From NCBI GenBank assembly GCA_039030755.1, contig JBCCDN010000001.1:1-56250 (forward strand): a stretch of DNA of 56,250 bases, read 5' to 3'. This document shows, in pieces, positions 26,193-33,644 of the stretch. Below the pieces are notes generated by a model. That model ran no database searches, was not told where the DNA came from, and was given only the letters and a program-made list of their open reading frames with translations. This DNA is from Planctomycetota bacterium (GTDB lineage Bacteria; Planctomycetota; Phycisphaerae; Phycisphaerales; Phycisphaeraceae). The translations under genes and the position numbers were made by a program. Numbering within the stretch: the stretch's first letter is position 1; every line of letters starts with the position of its first letter.

Positions 26193-27914
26193 TTACGTCA
26201 GCAGCCCGATCACGACCAGTAACACGCCCGGCACCAGCACCGCCATCGCGGCGATGCCCGTGTATTGCTTCAGAGGCAGCGGCGGTGACTCTTCCTTCGC
26301 GAGCTTGCCGCCCACCGTGTCCAGCGAGCCGTTCGCGTGGAAGCAACCGAGTTTCAGCCCGCGGTATGAAAGTTTGGCCGCTCGGATCGCGTGCGGCTTG
26401 ACCCGGATCGCCACATCTTGACCCGTCGCTGCGGCCTGCTTCGACGCCGCCACCGCCGCCTCGGCAAGTTGTCGACCCGAGGGCAGCGTGATGTCCACTT
26501 TGGCCTTCGCCGGAGCTTTCGCTTTGGGCTCCACCACATCCGACTTGCCGCCGTCATCCCCGATCGACATCGCGGGAGCTGCGTCGACCAACACTTCATC
26601 CACGCTTGCAAACCCACCCTCAAACTCATCGAGTTCCTCGTCCACCGACGACGCTCCAACCTGAACAGGCTCCGCTGCCGCCTCAGGCTCGGGCGACGAT
26701 GCCGCCACCACCGGCTCATCCACATCCCCATCCACCGATTCGAATGTCCCATCAAACTCGTCTTCCTCGGAAGCCTCCACCGGGTCGCCCGACGCTTCCG
26801 TCGCTTCCACCTCCGCGGACTCCGAGGCGATCAAGTCGGCGTCAGCGTTCAACTCCGCCAACGCGGGGTCCATCTCCGCCAAAAGATCATCCACGCTCGA
26901 AAACGCCCCGTCCAAAGCGTCGTCGATGTCGACCGCTTCCTCGGCATCGGGCTGGTTGTCGGTAGCAACTGCGTCGTCCTCCGGCGTCGGCGGAATCTCG
27001 GCCAGCGCTTCGGCATCCACCCCCAACATGTCCGCCAAAGCCGCGAAGTCGCCGCCCGATTCCGCTTCTTCCAACGCCGCATCGGCCTCGGCTTCCACGT
27101 CCAAAGCAACCTCGGCCAACAGCGCCGCTTCGTCCTCAACCGGCTCGACCGACTCCGGCAGCGTGGCCGACGCGTCCGCTTCACTCGATCCCGATGACTC
27201 GGATCGTTCGGCCGCTTCCGCGACTTCCGGGGGATCCTGGATCTCTGGACTCTCGAACGACCCGTCAAACTCCGACATCACCTCGTCCACTTCGGCACCG
27301 GCCTCTTCCGGATCACGCTCCGCTTCGACCGTCTCCGCCTCCACCTCTGGCTCCGCTTCCGGCTTGACGGCCGTCGGCTCGTCGACCGTTTGCGAAAGCA
27401 TCGCATCCAGCTTCAACGCCAAGTCGTCTGTGTCCACCACCTCGGCTTCCTCGGGGTCCACCGCTGCCACAACGGTCGGCTCGGCCGGCTGGGCCGGTTC
27501 GGTGGGCTCGTTCGCTTCAGGTTCGACGGCCGACTCCGGATCAACGTACGAGCCCACTTCGGCGGCTTCGGGCTCGGCGAACATCGCGTCGAGCTTCGAC
27601 GCGAGGTCCTCGGTGTGATCCAACGCCGACTCTGCCTCGGCAACAGCATCGGGCTCTGCCGTCGGCTCGGCTCTCGGGGTTTCCGATACTCCCGGAGCCG
27701 AAGTCTCCGCTTCTGCGGGTGCAGACTCCACCTGACTCAACAGGCTGTCGAGCTGAGATTCCAGGCTCGCGTTGTCGATCGGTTCGCTCAAGGGGATTCC
27801 TGGCGGGCGCGGGTAAAGCTCAAAGCCACACCCACGGTTGTAATCGTCACAGAACCCGTCTCGCCTGAATCGATTCGTTCGCCCGCTCCCGAGAAATATC
27901 GGACGGTGAACCAT
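26193..27914 (-). CDS. Hypothetical highly acidic, short-motif-repeat protein with an extreme C-terminal TM anchor
   Basis: The long ORF is trimmed to ATG 27914, because the upstream part overlaps rsmE and is not protein-like. The D/E/A/P-rich body carries reiterated motifs. A basic segment precedes the terminal IAAMAVLVPGVLLVVIGLLT*. Confidence 0.6.
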   Translation of the reverse strand: MVHRPIFLGSGRTNRFRRDGFCDDYNRGCGFELYPRPPGIPLSEPIDNASLESQLDSLLSQVESAPAEAETSAPGVSETPRAEPTAEPDAVAEAESALDHTEDLASKLDAMFAEPEAAEVGSYVDPESAVEPEANEPTEPAQPAEPTVVAAVDPEEAEVVDTDDLALKLDAMLSQTVDEPTAVKPEAEPEVEAETVEAERDPEEAGAEVDEVMSEFDGSFESPEIQDPPEVAEAAERSESSGSSEADASATLPESVEPVEDEAALLAEVALDVEAEADAALEEAESGGDFAALADMLGVDAEALAEIPPTPEDDAVATDNQPDAEEAVDIDDALDGAFSSVDDLLAEMDPALAELNADADLIASESAEVEATEASGDPVEASEEDEFDGTFESVDGDVDEPVVAASSPEPEAAAEPVQVGASSVDEELDEFEGGFASVDEVLVDAAPAMSIGDDGGKSDVVEPKAKAPAKAKVDITLPSGRQLAEAAVAASKQAAATGQDVAIRVKPHAIRAAKLSYRGLKLGCFHANGSLDTVGGKLAKEESPPLPLKQYTGIAAMAVLVPGVLLVVIGLLT

Positions 27915-28008
27915 CGGCCGCAAGATTTGCCCGATTTCCCAAACCCCTGCGATCCGAACCGAACCCGCCTTGCTTCCCCGCGGAGTGCCGACGATGCTGC
28001 TCACCGAG

Positions 28009-28722
28009 ATGCCCGCCCGCTTCTTCAGCCCCGCCATGCCCCACCCCCGCGTCGCCGACCCCCGCTGCGCGCTCGGCCCGGAGGAAACCCGGCACGCCCG
28101 CAAAGTCCTCCGCATCCAGCCCGGCGAGACCATCGAACTCTTCGACGGCACGGGAAAGGTCGGCACCGCTGTCCTCGAGGATTACGCCAGCCAAGGCGCC
28201 GTCTGCCGCGTCACCAGCATCGCCGAGGCCGACCCGCTCACGCCCCGCATCACCGTCGCCACCGCGATCCCCAAGGGCACCAAAGCCGAGGACATGGTCA
28301 ACCAGCTCAGCCAGCTCGGGGCCGACCGCGTCATCCCGATGATCACGCACCGCAGCGTCGTCGATCCGCGCGACGGCAAGGTTGATCGCTTCCGACGCGT
28401 CGCGCTCGAAGCCGCGAAACAATCCGGCCGGCTGACGCTGATGGAGATCACCCCGCCCGTCCCGTTCCACGACGTGCTCGCCGAGGTCTGCGACTTCGGC
28501 GTCGTGTGCTGCCCGCGTAAGGACCGGCCCGACGACCTGCCTGAACAGCTCCGCGATTGCCAAGACGCCATCGTGCTCGTCGGCCCCGAAGGCGGCTTTA
28601 CCGATGAGGAAGTCCACCGCGCGTGCCACGCCGGGTACGTGCCGTGGTCGATCTCGCCGAACGTCCTGCGGATCGAAACCGCCGCCGTCACCGCGGTGAG
28701 TCTGATGCGCTATCTCGCGTAA
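28009..28722 (+). CDS. rsmE: 16S rRNA (uracil1498-N3)-methyltransferase RsmE
   Basis: ATG 28009 gives MPARFF..., the classical RsmE N-terminus. The PUA-like segment is HARKVLRIQPGETIELFDGTG and the SPOUT C-terminal motif is VLVGPEGGFTDEE...LRIETA. Confidence 0.85.
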   Translation: MPARFFSPAMPHPRVADPRCALGPEETRHARKVLRIQPGETIELFDGTGKVGTAVLEDYASQGAVCRVTSIAEADPLTPRITVATAIPKGTKAEDMVNQLSQLGADRVIPMITHRSVVDPRDGKVDRFRRVALEAAKQSGRLTLMEITPPVPFHDVLAEVCDFGVVCCPRKDRPDDLPEQLRDCQDAIVLVGPEGGFTDEEVHRACHAGYVPWSISPNVLRIETAAVTAVSLMRYLA

Positions 28723-28752
28723 CCCGGCGGCCACCGACCGCCGCCTTATCAA

Positions 28753-28800
28753 GCAGCCGCCGTTGGCGGCTGCCCGCGTCGCGGCTGATCGCCGCGACGC
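28753..28800 (+). terminator. Two tandem perfect GC hairpins after rsmE (terminator-like, no U-tract)
   Basis: GCAGCCGCC-gtt-GGCGGCTGC at 28753-28773 and GCGTCGCGG-ctgatcg-CCGCGACGC at 28776-28800. They begin 31 nt after the rsmE stop. Confidence 0.5.
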
Positions 28801-29142
28801 TCCCCACTTCCTGATTCACTTGCCAAAGAACGCGGGCACACCCGGTCGATCGAAATCCGGCCCGGGACACCCTGCCCACGCCCCTCACGCCGCCTCCCGC
28901 GGTCGCTTCTGCTCCGACCCCACGCACCGGTTGCCGGGAGAATCAGCGGCGGCCCGTCCTGGGTTCATGAGAGGCCCTCCGCGTCGCGCGTACCGGCGTG
29001 ATGAACCCTTCGCGGCCGCTTGCTCCCGGGCCCCGCCACGCGGTCGCCTCCGGTCTGCCGTCCGAGCGGGATTGTTGGCGTCCCGGGCGTTTTGCGTCGC
29101 CGGATTGCGCACGCCGCGCACGGGCCGAATTAAACTCCGGCC

Positions 29143-30198
29143 ATGCCCGACGCCATGCCCAACTACCCGCTGCTGCTCACGCCGATCTACAAGGAAAAAG
29201 TCTGGGGCGGCCGCACGCTCGAACGCCTGGGCCGCGACCTGCCGGGCAACGCCGACGCGAAGATCGGCGAGTCGTGGGAATTGGTCGATTTAGCGAAGAC
29301 TTCTGCTTCCGGCGGCGGCGGCGACGGCGCAACCTCAACCATCGCCAACGGACCGCTCGCCGGCCAAACCCTCGGACAACTCATCGCCGACGAAGACGCG
29401 AAGGCCGCGCTATTGGGCGACCTCCCGCTCTCGCCCGAGGGCGGCTTCCCCCTCCTGCTTAAGTATCTCGACGCCTCCGAGAACCTGTCGGTTCAGGTGC
29501 ACCCCAGCGCCGCCTATGCCGCCTACCATGACGACGCATTTCTCAAGAGCGAGGCGTGGTTCATCGTCGATTGCGAGCCCGACGCCGCGATCTATAAAGG
29601 CATCCACGAAGGCGTCACGCCCGAGCAGCTCCAAGCGGCGCTCGAAGCCAACACCGACGACGCCGTCGTCCCGCTGATGATCTCCGTGCCCGTTCGCCCC
29701 GGCGATTGCCACTACCTGCCCTCGGGCACCTGCCACGCGCTCGGCGGCGGCATCCTGGTGGCCGAGGTGCAGACGCCCAGCGACACGACCTTTCGTGTGT
29801 ACGACTGGGGGCGCACCGGGCGCGAACTCCACGTGGATGCCGCGCTGGAGTGCATCGACTTCGGCCCGGCCGACACCACGCAGTTCGAGCCCGATACCCG
29901 TGTCGCCGAAGGCAGCGTGCGCGGCGTGCGACGCGTGGTCTGCGAGTACTTCCGCATCGATCATTACGAAGCCGACGCCGGTGCGACGCACGACCTCCCG
30001 TCCGGAGCAACGCTGGCCGTCATGGTGCTCGCCGGCGAGATGACCGTCACGGCTCAGGACGCCGACCCCACCCTCGCGCCCGCCGGTGGCACGCTGCTGA
30101 TCCCCGCCGCCGCCCGCCGTGTCGCGTTGCGCGCCTCGGAAAACGCGGTGTTCCTGCTCGTCAGCTTCCCGCAAGCCGGCCAATCTCAACTGGCCTAA
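29143..30198 (+). CDS. manA: Class I mannose-6-phosphate isomerase
   Basis: N-terminus YPLLLTPIYKEKVWGG, metal-binding motifs ESWE and LSVQVHPS, and the cupin core HALGGGILVAEVQTPSDTTFRVYDWGR. Confidence 0.85.
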   Translation: MPDAMPNYPLLLTPIYKEKVWGGRTLERLGRDLPGNADAKIGESWELVDLAKTSASGGGGDGATSTIANGPLAGQTLGQLIADEDAKAALLGDLPLSPEGGFPLLLKYLDASENLSVQVHPSAAYAAYHDDAFLKSEAWFIVDCEPDAAIYKGIHEGVTPEQLQAALEANTDDAVVPLMISVPVRPGDCHYLPSGTCHALGGGILVAEVQTPSDTTFRVYDWGRTGRELHVDAALECIDFGPADTTQFEPDTRVAEGSVRGVRRVVCEYFRIDHYEADAGATHDLPSGATLAVMVLAGEMTVTAQDADPTLAPAGGTLLIPAAARRVALRASENAVFLLVSFPQAGQSQLA

Positions 30199-30419
30199 CC
30201 GCTCCAACCGGAACCCTCCGGCAACCCACGCTCGACACGCTTGTAAATCCTGGCAAACCCTGTCGCCTGCGCGATCGATCCGCCAAGCGATCCGCACATT
30301 TCTCGCCTATCGCCCGCGCCAGTCGCCAAACCCGGGGCAGACTTCAACACTGTCAAACCCCATGTGGGGTCCACACTTTGACCAACAACGCAATCCACCG
30401 ACCCACGGGAGAACCCAAC

Positions 30420-31214
30420 ATGCCTTCGATCACCAAGACCCTGACCGCCGCGGCCGCCACACTCGCTTTTGTCGGATTCGCCGACGCCGCATCCGTGTAC
30501 TCCTTTGACCTGGACCGACAAGGCAGCAAGCTCGTGAACCAGGATGGCGACAAGATTCGCGCCGGCATCAACGACAAGGCCGGCAAGGTCTTGGGCGTTT
30601 CAGGCAGCTACGACGAACTGAACCAAACGCTGAGCTGGTCCACCACGTTGGCCACCAACCCTCACGGAGCTGGCTACGAATCCTTCTGGCTGGTCATCAA
30701 CAACGGCGGCAACCCCAAGACCCGCAAGCAAGAAGGCAAGCTCGGCATGATCTTCTTCGATCGCAACGGCGGCGACCCGACGCTTTCGGTGTACCAATAC
30801 ACCTCCGCCGGCGCCAACAGCTGGAAGAATGGAAAGCTCATCGCCTCGTCGGAAATCGACGACAGCTTCGTCCTGGCCTCCAGCTTCGAAAAAGAATCCA
30901 GCAAGGGCGAACGCACCGGCTCGTTCACCCTCGACGTGTCAGGCATCAACTCGGCCATGGGCAACGGTTGGCAGGGGCTCATGTTTGACGAAACCGTCGG
31001 CCTCTGGATGCACCTGTTCGATCACCGCAAGCCCGGCGCGCAGTACGGCAGCGACGGCGAACTCAAGCAGTGGAAGTTCGGCAAGCACGGCTGGGTCGAC
31101 ACCGACGGCTTTGCGACCTCTGAAACCAACGCCGTGCCTACCCCCAGCGCCGCCCTCGCCGGACTCGCGGGCCTGGGCCTCCTGGCCAACCGCCGCAAGC
31201 GGCACGCCGCCTAA
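30420..31214 (+). CDS. Secreted hypothetical protein with a PEP-CTERM-type C-terminal sorting signal (VPTPS variant)
   Basis: ATG 30420 gives the signal peptide MPSITKTLTAAAATLAFVGFADA. The C-terminus is VPTPSAALAGLAGLGLLANRRKRHAA. The upstream part of the 502-aa track ORF overlaps manA in another frame. Confidence 0.7.
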   Translation: MPSITKTLTAAAATLAFVGFADAASVYSFDLDRQGSKLVNQDGDKIRAGINDKAGKVLGVSGSYDELNQTLSWSTTLATNPHGAGYESFWLVINNGGNPKTRKQEGKLGMIFFDRNGGDPTLSVYQYTSAGANSWKNGKLIASSEIDDSFVLASSFEKESSKGERTGSFTLDVSGINSAMGNGWQGLMFDETVGLWMHLFDHRKPGAQYGSDGELKQWKFGKHGWVDTDGFATSETNAVPTPSAALAGLAGLGLLANRRKRHAA

Positions 31215-31251
31215 GGTCAACGCGGCAAAGCATATTTTCAAAAACCCCGCT

Positions 31252-31278
31252 AACCCCGGCTCCCCACGAGCCGGGGTT
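31252..31278 (+). terminator. Perfect 11-bp hairpin after the PEP-CTERM gene (terminator-like)
   Basis: AACCCCGGCTC-cccac-GAGCCGGGGTT, 38 nt after the stop codon. No clear U-tract. Confidence 0.5.
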
Positions 31279-31339
31279 GTCGCATCCAGGCAGCACCGTT
31301 CAACGGAAAGGAGATCTCGTGTTGCGGTAAACTCTCGAG

Positions 31340-32056
31340 ATGGCCAGCGACGACACCCCGAAGCCCGATCCCAACGCAAACGCAAACCCGGGCGGCTCTT
31401 CCGGGGGCGACGGAAAAAAACGCAAACGCCGACGACGCGGCGGCAAACGCAACCGGCGAGGCGGCGACAAGCCGCAAGCCGCCCCAAGCCCCGAAGCCAA
31501 CGCGAACACCGATTCCCAAACCAAAGACGCCACCCGGAAACCCGACGACAAACGCCGCGACCACGCTCAATCCCAGTCTCAGCCCCGCTCGGACCGTCGA
31601 CCGCCGCGCGGCAACGACCGTCAACCAGAACGTAAACCCGGTGGCAAAACCGCCGGCCGCTCCAACGCCGCCCAACCCAAAGCCCCCGATGCCCCGAAAG
31701 CTCGCAAGAAACGCAAACCCCGCACCAAGCAGTGCGTGAACTGCTACACGCCCTGCACCACGATCCACAAAGTCCGCCTGGACCACCGCCAGCAGTGGTC
31801 CTTCATCTGCGACATCTGCTGGCCCACCCGCTGCCTCGATAACCCGAACTACCAGTACGAAGCCCTCTGGGTTTCCGGGCGACTCATGCACCCGGGACAA
31901 CACAGCAACCACGGCACGCCGGGCAAGCCCAAAAATGGCAAACCCAACGGCGACCAATCAAGCCCGCCTCCCGCGCTCGCAGAGCCAAAGGCCACGTCCG
32001 ACGACCAGACCTCGTCTCCGGATCAAAGCTCGCCAGGCGACTCCGTCTCCAACTGA
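31340..32056 (+). CDS. Hypothetical protein: extremely basic disordered N-terminal half plus a Cys-rich (zinc-ribbon-like) domain
   Basis: K/R/P/G-rich for about 135 aa (KKRKRRRRGGKRNRRGG ...), then CVNCYTPC...FICDICWPTRC, then an S/P/D-rich tail. The antisense 235-aa ORF looks like a shadow. Confidence 0.55.
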   Translation: MASDDTPKPDPNANANPGGSSGGDGKKRKRRRRGGKRNRRGGDKPQAAPSPEANANTDSQTKDATRKPDDKRRDHAQSQSQPRSDRRPPRGNDRQPERKPGGKTAGRSNAAQPKAPDAPKARKKRKPRTKQCVNCYTPCTTIHKVRLDHRQQWSFICDICWPTRCLDNPNYQYEALWVSGRLMHPGQHSNHGTPGKPKNGKPNGDQSSPPPALAEPKATSDDQTSSPDQSSPGDSVSN

Positions 32057-32062
32057 CCGGCT

Positions 32063-32824
32063 TTACGCCCTGCCGTTCAACATCGACCAATTCACATTAA
32101 GCGTGCCCGCCACTTCGGGTTCACGCATTTCCCATAGCGACGCCAACGCCGTCACGACCACGCCCGAATCGCTCGGCCTCGCCGGCCGCCCGGAGCACCA
32201 CGCGTAAGGTCCATCGCTCTCGTACACCACCCGGTCCCGCGGAAGCTCCCGCAACATCTGCCGCCCCGTGCGTGAAGCGGCCATCGCCGGATTCACCGAG
32301 AACCACCGGCGTTCCGTGATCGCACGCTCCAAAGTCTTCGCGTCGCCACTGAACCAGTGCAGCACCGCTCCGGGAAAGTACCCGTCCAACATCGCCAGCA
32401 ACGCCGCCGAAGTTCGCCGACTGTGCAAGCTCAAGCGTTTCTCGGGTTCTCCGCGTTTCACGCACGCCTCCAACACCGCCGACAACACGCGTCGCTGCGA
32501 CGCCTGCGTCTCAAGCGCATCGTCCACCCCATCCAACCCGATCTCACCCACCCACGGAGCAACGTCGATCAACTCAAGCAGCCGCGATAGTTGATCTTCC
32601 GCCGCCGGCAACTCTGCGGGGTGAAGCCCCGGCACCACCCGAACCCGAGAACCCGCTTCCACCAACCCCGACGCCGTGAGCGCATCAAACTGCGCAGGAT
32701 GCACCGTGACGCAAACCGTGTCGATCTCCGCGCTTTCATACGCGTTGATAACCGCCAACGCATCCGCAAAGTCTGCGACGTGACAATGCGCATCGTGGTT
32801 CACGCGGGGTGCGACCAATCTCAC
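32063..32824 (-). CDS. TatD-family metal-dependent hydrolase/nuclease
   Basis: GTG 32824 overlaps the tcdA stop (GTGA) and gives 253 aa. Motifs: DAHCH at the N-terminus, GEIGLD, SLHSR, HWFSG and ESDGP, the TatD/TIM-barrel metal ligands. Confidence 0.75.
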   Translation of the reverse strand: MRLVAPRVNHDAHCHVADFADALAVINAYESAEIDTVCVTVHPAQFDALTASGLVEAGSRVRVVPGLHPAELPAAEDQLSRLLELIDVAPWVGEIGLDGVDDALETQASQRRVLSAVLEACVKRGEPEKRLSLHSRRTSAALLAMLDGYFPGAVLHWFSGDAKTLERAITERRWFSVNPAMAASRTGRQMLRELPRDRVVYESDGPYAWCSGRPARPSDSGVVVTALASLWEMREPEVAGTLNVNWSMLNGRA

Positions 32825-33642
32825 GCCGGCCGATCCCGTAAGTCGCCGCCCGCAAGTTGCCCGAGGACCGCCGACGTCGCGTGAAACGCAAACGTTCCGG
32901 TCACCACCACCGACGAGCCAAACCCCGTGGCGCAATCCAGCCGTAAGGGCCCGCTCGCATGACGCTCGCACGAGTCGTCCAGGCTGGGCTTCCGAGGCGA
33001 TTCCGGCGAAAACACGCAGGTCACCCCAAACTTTTTCCGCGGGTTGCGTTCGAAACCGTATAGCTGCCGAAGCCGCTTGCGTGTTGCCGCCAAGAGCGCG
33101 TCGTCGAACGCCCGGGTCAGGTCGGCCGTGCGCACCTGGGCCGGGTCGAGCTTTCCGCCCGCGCCGCCGATCGTCACCACCGGCACCCCGCGCTGTTTAG
33201 CCTGCGTGATAAGCACCGCCTTCGTGCCCGCGCGGTCCACCGCGTCCACGACCACGTCCGCCCCGATCGCCCAGAAGTCATCCGAAGTCCGCGGACCAAA
33301 AAACGCGGGCACCGAATGCACCGCCGTATTGGGCGCGATCGCCTTGAAGCGTTCCGCCAACGCCTCGACCTTGGGCCGCCCCACCGTTTCCGACGTCGCC
33401 TGGACCTGCCGATTCGTGTTCGTCACGCAGACATCATCCAAGTCCATCAAGACCAGCTTGCCCGAGCCGCTGCCCACTCCGCTGCGCAAGAGCGCTTCCG
33501 CGACCCACGAGCCCACGCCGCCCACGCCCACCACCGCGACCGTCGCCGACGCGAAGCGTGACAAGGCCGCGTCGCCGTAGAGCCGAGCGACACCGGAGAA
33601 ACGCATCGCGGAGAGACTGGTCACGGAGTCTGCCGTTTGCAT
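32821..33642 (-). CDS. tcdA: tRNA threonylcarbamoyladenosine dehydratase (ThiF/E1-like)
   Basis: ATG 33642 gives 273 aa. It aligns closely with E. coli TcdA/CsdL (RFSGVARLYG, VVGVGGVGSWVAEAL, MDLDDVCVTNTNRQ, TIGGAGGKLDP, LDCATGFG). Confidence 0.9.
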   Translation of the reverse strand: MQTADSVTSLSAMRFSGVARLYGDAALSRFASATVAVVGVGGVGSWVAEALLRSGVGSGSGKLVLMDLDDVCVTNTNRQVQATSETVGRPKVEALAERFKAIAPNTAVHSVPAFFGPRTSDDFWAIGADVVVDAVDRAGTKAVLITQAKQRGVPVVTIGGAGGKLDPAQVRTADLTRAFDDALLAATRKRLRQLYGFERNPRKKFGVTCVFSPESPRKPSLDDSCERHASGPLRLDCATGFGSSVVVTGTFAFHATSAVLGQLAGGDLRDRPA

Positions 33643-33644
33643 CG

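Noticed and set aside
27915-28166. Upstream 84 codons of the 657-aa acidic-protein ORF
   Set aside because: This part overlaps the rsmE coding region on the other strand and has an unprotein-like composition. ATG 27914 leaves a sensible 94-nt divergent spacer.
29410-30297. 295-aa antisense ORF across manA, and the 502-aa ORF 29706-31214
   Set aside because: The antisense ORF is a shadow of manA. The first roughly 238 codons of the 502-aa ORF are an out-of-frame read through manA, and only the part from ATG 30420 has a signal peptide and protein-like sequence.
32063-32824. TatD-family gene as part of a Qat-type anti-phage system (QatD-like)
   Set aside because: No QatA/B/C-like ATPase or QueC-like partners are adjacent. 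The gene is instead translationally coupled to the housekeeping tRNA-modification genes tcdA and miaB.
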